This document shows, one piece after another, positions 1-13,344 of a DNA stretch of 64,000 nucleotides (position 1 is its first letter; every line of letters starts with the position of its first letter). A program made the position numbers and the translations under genes. The notes under the pieces are model-generated. The model did not search any database. It was not told the origin of the DNA and saw nothing but the letters and a program-made list of their open reading frames with translations. Origin of the DNA: Haliotis rufescens (Eukaryota); contig NW_025964223.1 in the NCBI RefSeq assembly GCF_023055435.1, positions 43,896,001 through 43,960,000 on the forward strand. The letters run 5' to 3'.

Positions 1-339
1 CATCGCGAACAACTGGCATCATCAATATTTTAGAGAGATTCATAAACTTAACACATGTTCATGATACAGTCGGAATCCTACAATCGACCCTGCTTTGGAA
101 TATGCATATGCAAAGGGTTTTGTCGCTTTTATTTACAAGATCGCGAAAGAAGTGAAAGTCCAAATTATATTTTTTTGTAATCATATAAACACGAATACTC
201 GTAGGTTAACATGATGCATTCTGAACGATAGTTACGGGCTTTACGACTGGTTCCGTTAAGATCATCATCTATCTTCCGTTTTTTTTAAACGGATGAGCAT
301 TTCCATAGCCCTTTGAAAGTACTGCCATACAATCAGGGT

Positions 340-575
340 CATCTATCAAATATTGGGGTCTTTAAATTTAAATCGAGAACTTTGTCAAAAGATTTTTCAA
401 AACGTAGTCGGGAATGCGAGTCGCCTTTTTCAAACTTGTAACGCAAAGCTCGAGGCAGCTGCTTTCTTATTGGCTATTGTCGACTTCCTGTTAGTCCTGT
501 GAACGGTAAAAAGTCACGGAAATCCGTTCTGACGTAATGTCCTCAAATCTTTGTGTTGCGGTGTAATGACAATGT
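340..575. mobile_element. Fragment of the MITE family seen intact at 36210-36688
   Basis: Shares aatcgagaa.tttgtcaaaa...aacgtagtcg and the terminal atgtcctca.atctttgt block with 36480-36650. Confidence 0.5.
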
Positions 576-859
576 TTTTTTATGAACACTATGGCATACC
601 TTTTGGTTGTTCCGGGTGATTATAGATTGGACTCAGATGTATTGCATATCAGTATATGAACAGAAATAATATTTTGCAGAAAAGCACCGTTTGATCTACT
701 GCAGCTTTAATGAAAATAAATTGATTTCAACAAACATATGCGCTTTGTGGCAAGTACAACCAATCAGTTGTGCTTGATTAGAATTACTACTGTCTGCAAA
801 GTCTGGACAGTTTGTAGAATTATAATGCCCGTTGGTTTCAGTAATATTATATTGTACAG

Positions 860-3744
860 ACATAGACGTGAACTGCAGACAGCCAATACCATGCGCGGGT
901 TCCTCTGAGCGAGGTGTGACCAAGGTAGAGCCAACTACAGAACTGACTTCAACGTCTTCAGGTAAAGCAGAACAATACACAGTAATCCACATGTCACATC
1001 ACAGGAGCTGAACGTTGACTCCACAAAAACACATGGTTTTGATTATCAATCTATCTAACTTTTAAGTCGTATTGTTAAAAATTGAATACGGTGTGTTTGA
1101 ATAGAACTACTGCTGAATGTTTAAGAGAATTATACCGTCCGACAAAAGAAACGCGAAAACCATGCATGTTGAGTAGTGAGTGAGTATGGTTTTACGCCGC
1201 TGGTAAAAACTGGTGTTCCCCGCCGTGATACTGCTGGAATATTGCTAAAAGCGGCGTAAACCAATCTCACTCACTCTATATGTTTGGTTAGCGTTTCTTT
1301 TGGCGGTGAGTATGTACTGGAAATCATGTGCAGCATATCGTCATAAGAATAAAGACACTGTGGTAGCATTGGGCGGATTGTTAGTTTTGTCAGAAACTCT
1401 TCTTGACATACATACTTCTCTATATGTTTCTTTTGTTCGCGTTTCTTTTGGCTGTGAGTACATATTGCTTGTAAGCTGGGTGATATTATGCTTTACAGAC
1501 ACAGACGCGAACTGCAGTGATCCATTATCTATGATTCCAAGCACTGGATCCACTCAGCCAGGTGTGACCGAGGTAGAGTCAACTACAGAACTGACCCCGT
1601 CAACGTCTTCAGGTGAGTGAAAGCAATACACAATGATCCACATGGAACACCAAATGATACACGTATGTAAGGTCCAACATCTTACAATTACGTCTTAACT
1701 TTTTAACACATAAGATTTAAATTAAGTACCACAAACCAAAGAAAAGTGATAATACGTCAGGATTATAATAGGACTTTTTCTCACAGACCACAATGCCTAT
1801 AGATTTCTTTTGTTCGCGTTTCTTTTGGCGGTGAGTATATATTGCTTGTAAGCTGGGTGATATTATGTTTTACAGACATAGACGTGAACTCCAGTGATCC
1901 ATTATCCATGATTCCAAGCACTGGATCCACTCAGCCAGGTGTGACCGATGTAGAGTCAACTACAGAACTGACTCAGTCAACGTCTTCAGGTGAGGGAAAG
2001 CAATACACAATGATCCACATGGAACACCAAATTATACACGTATGTAAGGTCCAACATCTTACAATTACGTCTTAACTTTTTAACACATAAGATTCAAAGT
2101 AAGTACCACAAACAAAAGAAAAGTGATAATACGTCAGGATTATAATAGGACTTTTTCTCACAGACCACAATGCCTATAGATTAAAGCTTAGTATGTACAT
2201 GTATGTGTAGTGAGTACGTGGGTTTATTTGGTTTAACGCTGCCTTGCAAAGTACATCAGTTTTATCAATGTGTGTCAGCTTGAGATGTGCGAGGAAGGCC
2301 CGAAGGTCTTTGACTTTCACCACTTCGATTAAAATCACGAACACGGGCATGATGTTGTCCAACCCAAAAGCACATTCAGGCGAATCAAGGATTCGAATTC
2401 ATGATCAAAGATTCCTGGCACGCCAGAGCTACGTAAATCTGAACAAGCGATCTGTTTGTTTAACGCCGCATTCAACACTATTCAAGCTTTATGACGCCGG
2501 GCAATAAGTAATCGAATTTAGAACAAACAATTCAGTGACTGATGTTGAACCCCCTGGTGCCCGCGATAAAAGTGAAGAAGGACATTATGATATCTGACAA
2601 CAGGCATTAGCTAAATCATCTGCTTGGAACACACAATCCAGTGACCGATGTCATGAACATGATATTCGTTTAGCGAGATAAACGCCTCGATTCGGGACAC
2701 GCATTTCCAAATTGCTAAAAGATCATGTGGATAAAGGTCAATGGTAATAATTGTTTGTATAACATTTTCTCATTCTGACATTTGTTTCTCAATGAGTTAT
2801 TATTTACATTGATAAAATTGACAGTTACAATAGCAATATGTGTGCAAACTTGATTTTTAATAGTTACATGGACCGCCTCCGCGGTCTTGTGAATAGGGCG
2901 TCTGCCTGGAAAGCGGAAGGTCAATGGTTCGATTCCCTGGGAGGGTAATACCAAAACTTTAAGAGATGGTATTAGTTGTTACCCTACCTAGCGTTCGTCA
3001 TTATGTTAAGGGTGTAAAAAAAGGGCTGGAGTCAGTGTGATGTATCTGAGTAGGGTCGCACTCGCATAACTCCAGACTAGCACAGTCAGCTACACACACG
3101 GACATATGGGTCGCTATAGCAGTGAAATAGTCTTGAACACGACGTTAATCCCCTTTGTCCTGACCTCAATTCATACATCTAGACACTGTTCATATATCCT
3201 CAAAGCACTTTGACAATGATGGATATGACATCTACTTGCAGAAGCTAGTAGAAGCAGCCACACACGCGCGTGTACACGGCGCTATAAAAGTGCAATATTC
3301 TTGAACGCCAAGTTAAACTTCATTACACCTCCACAAATCCTCTGGGATGAGAAGTGTGGTATGAGGTTATAATTGATAACTTGGTGTACACGTTTAATTT
3401 ATATAAATTAAGTAATCTCTAAATAAATAATCTCCAAATAACACACTACTTGACAGATGTTACGTTTATCACTTAAAGAACTTAGACGACAGGGCCCCTG
3501 GTGCCCGCGATAAAAAAAAAGTGAAGAAGGACATATGATATCTGATAACAGACATTAGCTAAATCAGCTGCTTTCTTTTTCATCATAAACATAAATAGTA
3601 CTGTAGTCGTAGAGCTTTTGATCAGGAATTATTATCGTTCATATCAGTTTCAAGATGCAGTATGTGACTATAGTCATGTTTGTGTCGTCGCTGTTCTCCT
3701 CTGATCACAACATATTTACTCAGATGAGAGGGTGATCGAATAAG

Positions 3745-3807
<63 letters not shown>

Positions 3808-5756
3808 CTGGCAAATCATTAAGACGAGATATTCGTCTTCTATCATAGTGTTACAGAACACGTGTGAAGGTGCTTTTTGTTTCAGGAGTTTTGGAAAATC
3901 TGGCAACTCTTACATCTACACTTCGGTGTAAAGATATTTGGTATATGCTAAATACGAACAGTGAGCCTTTCGTTTTGATTGCCAATCAATCACCAACATG
4001 TCTTATCACATTTGTTTTTGACATTTATTTCACAAGATAATAACAAGGATCTCCTATTGATAGTATCAAAGAATATTTGATGGGAAGAGAACTTTCTTGA
4101 TTCAAACACTCACTAATTATTAAATAAATAAATGTTTTAAAGAAAGAAAAAGAAGCTTATCAGTATTTGTAATTTAATTTAAATAATGAGTTGAGTTGAT
4201 GATGCTCACATGTCTTGCATCAATTTCACACTGGGGACGGGGGCACATGACATGAAAAGCATGACTTATTTCATCATATGTTCAATGTGAAAAATATATG
4301 TTTTATGATTCCGTAGGACTTTACATAGCGTTAGCGGTGATTGGAGGCGTCTTGACGTGCATCGGTGTTGTATGCGTGATATTGTAAGTACACAGTAGAA
4401 GGTGATCATTTTTGTAATGTAAATGTGTGTGAAACGAAAACAAGAGAAATACAAGCATGGACTACTAGAGTTTTGTATGTTAGAAACCGATACATTTTCG
4501 CCGAGGACAAAACGAAAACTAGGGAAAACAGCAGTACATCAGTTTCTTAAATATGAATTTAGAAATTCGTTAACGTTAAGCTTTGCTCTGAAAATCCTCT
4601 TGAAAATATGACTGTTCAACCGATCTTTCCGAATGTTAACTGTATGTTAAATGCATGGTTCTGCGGTGTTGTTTTGTCACAGAAGTAACAAATATAAGGT
4701 TAAACATACAGAGAAAATGGTAGGACAGCCGTTGCAATACGATCCATTTCCAATTCGATAGCAATCGTAGAAATCTTTCTTTTTAGAAAGTATTTATTTA
4801 CTTACAGGGAACATCGGAGGAACCAACACTTTGATGTGCCAGAAGAGACAGTTTGTGATGTTCAAGTGAAGAGGTACAACGAAGACATCATTTTACATGT
4901 TGACCAGGCAGAAAACCAGAAAGAAACGAACGTGCCAGCGGAATGTGCTTGTGAAGAAAACGGAAATAGGAGTGGCCAGGTCATTAATGGCCACTTTGAT
5001 GATGTTGACAACACAGTAAAGAACCAGGAAAATATAATTTACGAATCACAATTGACGGCTTCCTGCAATACTTTGAAACAGTACATCCAGGGCAACGGAG
5101 TGGGTGGAAATTATTATGAGGACGTTGACAACATAACAACGAACCAGAAACAGATCTCTAAATCACATTCGGCAGCCTCGTGTAATGCTCTGGAACAGAA
5201 TAGCCAGGACAAGGGAGTCGGCGGAGATTATGAGGACGTAGACAACACAACCCCATCGCCGGCCTCATGTAATACTCTGGAACAGCATAGCCAGGGCAAG
5301 GGAGTCGGCGGAAATGATGAGGACACAGACAATACAGCAGAGAGCCAGGAAGATTTCGCTGAATCACAATCGACGGCTTCTTCTAATAATCAGAAACAGA
5401 ACAGCCAGGGAGACGAAGTCAGTGGAGGTTATGAGGACATAGACAACACCGCAAAAAGCCAGGAAGATATATCTGGATCACAATCGACGGCTTCTTGTAA
5501 TAGTCTGAAACAGCACAGCCAGAGCAACGAAGTCGGTGGAGATTATGAGGACATGGACAACACAGCGGATGCCAAGGAGCAGCCGACAGGACCAGGAAAG
5601 GTTGAATCTGAACCATGCATTAAGGACATCATACAGGATAATGCATATGAAACAATATCCATCGGAGAGGGTAATCGCAGACCAGCGTCCATTTTACAGC
5701 TTTGTCCCGAGACCATCCTTAAAACTGGTGATGTTTATGCGAAAGTGAAAAAGTGA
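860..5756 (+). CDS. Receptor A1 (5'-truncated by window): type I membrane protein with three stalk exons, TM, and YED-repeat tail
   Basis: Exons 860-961, 1499-1612, 1876-1989 (Ser/Thr stalk, all phase 1-1, AG/GT), 4317-4383 (TM GLYIALAVIGGVLTCIGVVCVIL), 4808-5756 (tail, in frame with ORF 4836-5756, ends VYAKVKK*). The frame stays open across all junctions. Clear paralogue of A2; its signal and ectodomain exons are presumably upstream of base 1. Confidence 0.85.
1425..2180 (+). repeat. Tandem duplication (~377-bp unit) carrying A1 stalk exons 2 and 3
   Basis: 1425-1800 and 1803-2180 are near-identical, including intron flanks. Confidence 0.9.
2870..3150 (+). mobile_element. tRNA-headed SINE (family 2), degenerate
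   Basis: ggaccgcctccg...ggttcgattccc head; same family as 23547-23802. Confidence 0.65.
3749..3805. repeat. (TA)n microsatellite
   Basis: Seen directly in the sequence. Confidence 0.95.
4808..5756 (+). CDS. A1 terminal (cytoplasmic) exon with ~38-aa YED repeats
   Basis: Acceptor ttacag at 4802-4807. Phase 2 join gives L-EHRRNQHFD-VPEET. Repeats YEDVD/YEDID/YEDMD. Confidence 0.88.
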
Positions 5757-6429
5757 GGATATCAACTTTGGAATGGGCTGATCAGTGAGAGGCTGCATAT
5801 GATACATGTAACACAGCCAAAATGTGCATGGAACTCAACATTGACAGCACTATTTATTTATCTCGAATTCCACCATACTGACGTGTAGGCGGAGTTCTGC
5901 ATTTCAACTATTCGTCTATTCCAGAATGTGGCTGTTTGTTTCCATTTTACTACCAATGTGTATTTTTGTTCGGAAGTAATCTTTGGAAATCAATATTGGC
6001 TTATTAAAAAGTACCTTCTGCGCCGTGTGGAAGTTCATACGACGTGAAGCGATGGTCAAGTTACTGTTTAATCAGAGACATGCTATTGTGATTTGAAGCC
6101 GTTGATGTGAATGTTTTGTTTTTTTTAATTTCAATCACTGTATATATTCTCATTTAAACCACGAACAATAGGATTTGAATAATGATATTATGCGCTGGGA
6201 GACTGATGCAGCTCTACATGTATGTGATATTTTCAACTTTTGCCTGCAATAGTGCACATAACACATCCATCAAGTTAAAACATGTGTAAATAATGTATTG
6301 TGTTCTGATGGTCACTTAAATTTAATTGTTCATTTCTATTTGTTATCAAAGTAATGTTGTTTTTTGTGTGCATGTGTGCGTGCGGGCTAGCATGCGTCTG
6401 TGTATGTTTGTGTGAATGTAGATTAGTTA

Positions 6430-7195
6430 CATCTGCAGTGAAAACAGCCTGGGGGATGTGTTTCCAAATGTCAACAAAGGATTAGTTCAACTGGGCAGGC
6501 GTCACGTGTTGCTTTTGGCCGTGTCATAGGAGTCGTTCCGTTTCATCCAATACATGTTGTAAGGGGTTGAGGTCTGGAGAATCACCCGGCCATGGTAGTA
6601 GCACAGCAATGTGTTGCTGCCTCAAAAGATCTTTTATAACACGTGCAACATATGGGCGGGTTTTATCCTCCTGCAACGTTGTTTTGCTCTCTCTGACGAC
6701 TGCGTATGATTCTGCCACTAACTGGCAATGAAGCAGCTTGGTATCGATTCCGTAGATGTACAAACCGAATACGGTTGTCTTGTTGACGTCACGTGTAGAC
6801 GACCGACCGGTGGAAAGTCTTGAGTGCTGCCCTGCTGTTGTACCTTAGAGATAGTAATGTAAAATATCTGGCATCTCCGTTTGGCGCCATTCCTGTTTGC
6901 AGCATGCCCAGGGCGCGCCGACTCGATTACGGTACAACAGAATTGTTTTATGAGCACCTGATAGCTAAACTGTCATTCTGTGCTGTTTACATTAAAAAAA
7001 CACATATCATGCTCCAAACCGACACGCAGACGTCCTAATTGTGTGCCATACATTAACATGCATGTGAAAATTGTGAATCACGACCTAAAAGTCGAGGTGA
7101 TATCTTCATGTATTGAAAGATAGCTTATTTATTTTCAGAATATATGTACTTTTTATTGCACTTTATATGAAACAATGATACATATTTCCGTTAGT
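6430..7195 (-). mobile_element. Tc1/mariner transposon relic
   Basis: ORF 6524-6763(-) contains QEDKTRPY...LPWPGDSPDLNPLQHVLD, a decayed Tc1 catalytic motif (QQDNARPH / WPxxSPDLNPIEHxW). Confidence 0.8.
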
Positions 7196-9076
7196 ATATA
7201 TCTTTTCGTGATGTCATTTACAGTAATCTCTGGATACCTTTTAAGCTTGCTTTTGACTATTTGATTGTTTTATTCATACATGTACCACTGCACTCACCTC
7301 ATGTTAACAACATTTCAACCACTGTAACCACATCAGGAATCTGAAACTGACAATCGCACCCACCTTAAATTTGATTGTAACATGTCAAGCACTGCACTCA
7401 ACATGTGATTATAGGATTTCGACGTTATCCTGCAACTGGTACAGGCTTTTGTTCCTCATTTGTGAGCATTAAAAAGAAACATGTTCATTGTTTGATTTGT
7501 CCTTCAGAAGGTATTAGTCAAAAACGATTTACTCCCAAGATGATATAGTTAAATGTGCTTGGATTAGATATTAGTAATATACATAACATTCAACACAACT
7601 TGCGCAACAATACCATGGTGCTATTACACTATTTTGTTACTTTAAGTTTGTTTAAACTCTGTTTCCTTCTTCTTTCTTGAGGTGCTCTGAGAATCTGTTC
7701 TATTTAACTACCTAAACAGACACAAATAACAACGTATACAATACACATTGACGTATACAATCAATCACATAAACAATCACATCGTTGTCGTTCGGCAGTA
7801 GAATCGAGTTCCCCTAATAAATTGATTAAACAAGATATATATACTTGTGCACTGCGTGTAATTCTCGATTTCCGTTGATTGATCAGGCAGTAGGTAACGT
7901 TATCGATAATGTAAACGAGAACAAGGAAAGTGTTGAACAAAACGTTTTAACATGTGACTCACAGTGAGATAACAGCATAAAGTACAGTGTGTTGAAACCA
8001 TAGCAGTCAACACCAAGCGAGTATAAAGTTCGGGCTTTCAGATGAAAAAAAATGAATGCATGTTTTATTGATGAATCCAAAAATTGGCATGCATGTTGAG
8101 TAGATTATAGTGTTCATAGAGTAGATATCATAGTAGATGTCATCGATGTGAATTTTAAAAACATTAGGTTTCATCGCAATACTGCTTCAAATATGCTGTC
8201 TTCAAGAAACTGATAAATTCTGTGAAAGGTAATGGTTTTTAAAATTCAGTGTGAAGAAGTGATAATGAGCAGCATTCAATAGCCCTGTCGGAGACGATTT
8301 AGCATCATGCTTATCTGTGCTTACATTCAGCACTGAAGTTTGGCTTCAAGATAAAGTGTTAAATGAGGCCGCAAAAACTAATGATATTACCTCTATTAAC
8401 TTCAAATCTATGTGAACACTCTTTTAGCTTTGTGCGAGTGATAATACACAGTTTCTTGGTATTTTTCATGAGATCAAAGGTCACGATGACAAAAGGGGTT
8501 CGCCTGGTATTAATCACCATTTGATAGTGATGCATATACACATTATAATGATATAGACGGAATTGTACAATGGACTCTGCTTTGTGCAGAGATTTCGTAT
8601 GATTATGAAATGGGTTTTGTCGCTCTTATTTTATCACCAAAGGTATAAAATGCGATCCTGTTTTGAAAATGTATTCATGTGAATTAGTCCAAGCTCAATG
8701 GCATCCTTTCGTTTATCACACAAGTAGCTATAGATCTGTATCAGTATCTATGACGATGTTTTATCTACATGTGTTTCTGTCAAAAGTCAAGGTCGTCATT
8801 AAAGGCATTTGTCAAAACAGTGTTATGCATTGTTATGCATTTTTACGAACGCTGTGTGATTCTAATACTTGGTATGTCTAAAATATAATCTCCTCCAAGT
8901 TGAAAGCCCGCATAGTTATTATTTTATCACGTTTACTTTCATGACGGGTTCGCAGATAACAACATAAAACACTTCCTCGTCCAGGTTAATTTTATGCTAT
9001 GTATCGATTTCATAAATAGCGGTAGAGACTACTTAAATGATTTGGGTAGTGTATGTCACAATCTCCACACAAGGTG

Positions 9077-12000
9077 ATGATGCAGTGGATGTTTGCTGTA
9101 ATAGCTGTTGGATTATCTGCCTTGGTCAATGTCTGTCAAGCAGAAGGTAAATACTATACAAAGCATCAATAATATGGTATAGAGATCTAGGACATACAAA
9201 TAATATTGATTTGAAATTAACGGTAACTCCATTATCGACTTTCTGATAAGTTTATAGGCATAAGCGAGATTTGTACCGTGAGTGACCCTCACATGGCCAT
9301 ATCCACGTATCTGGAACCTTTAAACCCACAGATATTGACTGTTGGAGCCAAAGAAAGGCGGCTAAAATAGTGAACATGCGAGTGTTCATGTTATATTGAA
9401 CATTGTTCTGTTATGACGCCCCCTGCACCGTCTACTTTTGTAGGTTTTATGGACGAATAGTAGTAGTACCGTAACGGTACTGCATTGTAACCTGATGCCT
9501 GGCGTAAAATCACTGTATGGCGTCATAAAAGAATGTAACTGCCCATTACGAATGGAGAGAATTATATCATTACGCACGTTTTCTTTTGTTATGTTGTGAA
9601 ATATGTAGGATGCTAACACATTGATATTATGATGTTTTGGTATAGATAAACGTTTCATCCATAAGTGGTTACAGCTTTCAAAAAAGTTAAATATTTTTAT
9701 TATGCGTGTATGCTAAAATACGTATATTTTCAAAAGTAAAAAAATTGAACAAAATTGAATAAAAATTACCCGTTAAATATTTTCAAAGTACTTCATACGA
9801 CTCTTGCTCCAAAGCTGTCTGATCACTAATACAACATTCAAGGCCAAAATAGTTTTATGATAGACATATGGAGAACATTTCCAAAAGTGTCGGTCCAGTG
9901 ACAAAAATCATGTTTAATGCAATTCCCTATTTTGACTTGTATCATAAACTTTATTCCCGTGGTCTATTTTCGGTGAACCATTTTTAGGCCTTTGCAAGTG
10001 TTTGTGACGGGTGGCAGCAGTGTGGCAGAAAATGGTCACCTTTCAGCAAACACTCGGTATCATCACTATTTCATAGTGATCAATAAACACATGCTCATGG
10101 TGCAGTCACAATAGTAAACTTGAAATTTCTTATGACCGTGGAAATGATTTCGTCGCTGTTTTAAGTACTATAGGAGAACTATTTTGTACAAATAACACAT
10201 ATAAGATGGTAGACGCGCGTTTTTTCTTAATTTTGAAGTTTATGTTTGACAAATTCCCGTTATTCTTTGTTTCTGTAGGTTCTCTGGGTGAATTGATCCA
10301 ATTATTGGCAAATTTCATGTTTCTCCAAGCGTTGTTTGCAAGTTTTATTTATAAAACATACGCTTTTCCTTAGCTTCTACTCCAACTCCCTTTACAGACC
10401 CCATATATTAGTATATATTTGCCAGAGAGTCTCGGGGCCCAAAAAGTAACCATTAGACACACAGTTTCAAGTGAAACTTTCTGGATTAATGAAACAGTTT
10501 AGTGAACAGTGTGCCCTGTGTCAAATATATTTATTACTTACCCGTTAACTTTGCTAGAAATTGTCTATCTATTTGACTTTTTCTGTTGCATTGATGGCAT
10601 ATATGTGACAACTACATCACATAAGGTGAAATTGTTTTGCAGAGGTGGAGATGTGCAATGAGGGATATGCGAGCGCACAGAACATCAATCTGACAATAGC
10701 TTTGACTCCATCTTCCTTTAGATGTTGTTGTCATCTAGATTTCAAAGCAGCTCAGACAGTATGGAGAAGGACGACTGTGGACTGTGGAATAACGCTTGTT
10801 CATGATGTAACATTCCTTGACAAAAACTGTAGTCAAAATACCAGCATTTCTCAGGCGGTCGATCAGAATAAAACAGATCTGTGTGTTGTTCGGGAGAACG
10901 GCCTTCAACAGAACAAGTCACTCACAGGCCATATGATATTGCAAGCGACAAGTTATGGTATTGTATTCAGTCTGAATCCTTATCTATTATATCATGCAGG
11001 ATGTACAGCATCACTCTATTATCTTAATGTTGTTGGCTTCTATCCCTTGGTAATTTGTAATGTTTGACTTTGACGTACAACTGATCAACCTGATATGTTT
11101 TTCATTTTGCTCGTTATTAAAACTATCATACAATTTGTTTAAAAAGTATTTCAAAACATGATCAGAAATATTGTTTTCTAGCATAGTTTAGTAACGATCA
11201 TCTAGAACTTCAATACAAATAGATTGATGTTAACAAACTGACACGCTTTGCGTCAATTACAACCTATCCGATGTTCGTAGGAGATGTAATGCTTGTTGAC
11301 TACAGTAATATAATGTTGTACAGACATAGACGTGAACTGCAGTGAGCCAGTTTTGATGAGTCCAAGCACTGGTTCCAATCCGCCAGGTGTGTCCGAGGTG
11401 AAGCCAACTACAGAATCAACTACTCCGTCAACGTCTTCAGGCAAGGAAGAACAAAACACAATGATCCACATGGAACATCAAATGATACATGTACATAATA
11501 TTACAATAATGCATTTAATTATGTCTAAACACACAAGCTAAACGTTAAACATCACAATACCCAAAGGTTGATATTTGATAATACGTCAGGATTATTTATA
11601 GGCTTCAACACTTCATCTTTGGTGTAAATTGTATGATCACAGCACACGATGCCCATTTGTTAATGTATAATATGAATGTGTTGTGAGATCCGTGAGTGAG
11701 GTTGGCTTCACACTGCATTGAACAGTATTAGAGTTATACCACGATGTGTCAGTTGACAAAGGAGAAAAGCCCGAAGTGATGCAAGTCTTAGACGTTAACA
11801 CATTTGGTTAAACCCATGAGCACGGGTATGATGCTACATACCCGATGAACGTACCGATATCTGCTGTACATGTAACAAAAACATTATATTAGTTCAAAAA
11901 CTAACTGTTTTCTCGCGAAAGATTTGATACAATAAAAGAGATAGTTTAAATTGAAGATGAACATTATCAGAGTGTATTAGGATCAGAAACGTTTCAAAAG

Positions 12001-13344
12001 AGAGTCTGATTAAAACGTTCTGGGGACATGAAAAGCATCAATATTTTCAATGTGTAAAATATATGTCTCATGATTCCGTAGGACTTTACATAGCGTTAGC
12101 GGTGGTTGGAGGCCTCTTGATGTGCATCGGTGTTGTATGCGTGATATTGTAAGTACACAGTAAAAGGTGATCATTTTCGTTATGTAAATGTGTGTGGAAA
12201 AAAACAGGGAAAAACTCACGACCTTAGCAGTACATCAGTTTGTTAAATATGAATTTAGAAATTTGTTAACGTTCAGAAATTCGCATTTACAATTTAACGT
12301 TACGCATTCACTCTGAAAAAAATCTTTCCGAATGTTAACTGTATGTAAAATGCATGGTTCTGCAGTGTTGTTTTGTCACAGAAGTAACAAATATAAGGTT
12401 AAACATACAGAGAAAATGGTAAGATAGCTGTTGCAATACGATCCATTTCCAAGGCGATAACAATCGTAGAAATATTTCTCTTTAGAAAGTATTTATTTAC
12501 TTGCAGGGTACATCGGAGGATCCAAAACTTTCCTGTGCCACAAGAGGCAGATTGTGATGTTCAAGTGAAGAGGTACAACGAAGACATTATTTTACATGTT
12601 GACCAGGCAGAAAACCAGAAAGAAACAAACGTGCCAGCGGAATGTGCTTGTGAAGATAACGGAAATAGGAGTGGCCAGGCCATTTATGGCCATTTTGATG
12701 ATGTTGACAACACAGAAAAGAACCAGGAAAATATAATTTACGAATCACAATTGACGGCTTCCTGCAATACTCTGAAACAGTACATCCAGGGCAACGTAGT
12801 GGGAGGAGATTATTATGAGGACGTTGACAACACAACAACGAACCAGAAACAGATCCCTGAATCACAATCGACAGCTTCGTGTAATTCTCTGGAACAGAAT
12901 AGCCAGGACAAGGGAGTCGGCGGAGATTATGAGGACGTAGACAACCCAACCCAATCGACAGCCTCATGTAATACTCAGGAACAGTACAGCCAGGGCAAGG
13001 GAGTCGGCGGAGAATATGAGGACATAGACAACACAGCAAAAAGCCAGGAAGATATCTCTGAATCACAATCGACGGCTTCTTGTAATTATAGTCTGAAACA
13101 GCGCAGCCAGGGCAACGTAGTCGGTGGAGATTATGAGGACATGGACAACACAGCGGATGTCAAGGAGCAACCGGCAGGACCAGGAAAGGTTGAATCTGAA
13201 AGATGCATCAAGGACATCATACAGGATAATGCATATGAAACAATGTCCATCGGAGAGGGTTATCGCAGACCAGCGTCCATTTTACAGCTTTGTCCCGAGA
13301 CCATCCTTAAAACTGGTGATATTTATGCGAAAGTGAAAAAGTAA
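9077..13344 (+). CDS. Receptor A2: complete type I membrane protein, predicted 468 aa
   Basis: Exons 9077-9146 (signal peptide MMQWMFAVIAVGLSALVNVCQAE), 10643-10957 (Cys-rich ectodomain), 11324-11440 (stalk, GC donor), 12082-12148 (TM GLYIALAVVGGLLMCIGVVCVIL), 12507-13344 (tail). Sum is 1407 nt = 469 codons, with no internal stop. Confidence 0.87.
10643..10957 (+). CDS. A2 Cys-rich ectodomain exon (315 nt)
   Basis: ttttgcag acceptor and G|gtattg donor. Pattern C-x22-CCC...C-x14-C...C. Several N-glycosylation sequons (NLT, NCS, NTS, NKT, NKS). Confidence 0.85.
12507..13344 (+). CDS. A2 terminal (cytoplasmic) exon with YED repeats
   Basis: ttgcag acceptor, in frame with ORF 12535-13344, ends IYAKVKK*. 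Confidence 0.88.

Noticed and set aside
1175-1275. Short inverted structure that could be an ncRNA hairpin
   Set aside because: Explained by two SINE family 1 tail fragments in opposite orientation.
5158-5748. Antisense and alternate-frame ORFs over the A1/A2 tails (also 12587-13336)
   Set aside because: Shadows of the repetitive coding exon.
5730-5756. Calling GDVYAKV a canonical ITIM
   Set aside because: The -2 residue is Asp, not I/L/V/S; reported only as a Csk-type motif.
10643-10957. Assigning a known gene symbol or an Ig/lectin/SRCR domain to the family
   Set aside because: The Cys/Trp pattern does not fit Ig, C-type lectin, SRCR or EGF consensus, and I recognise no orthologue.
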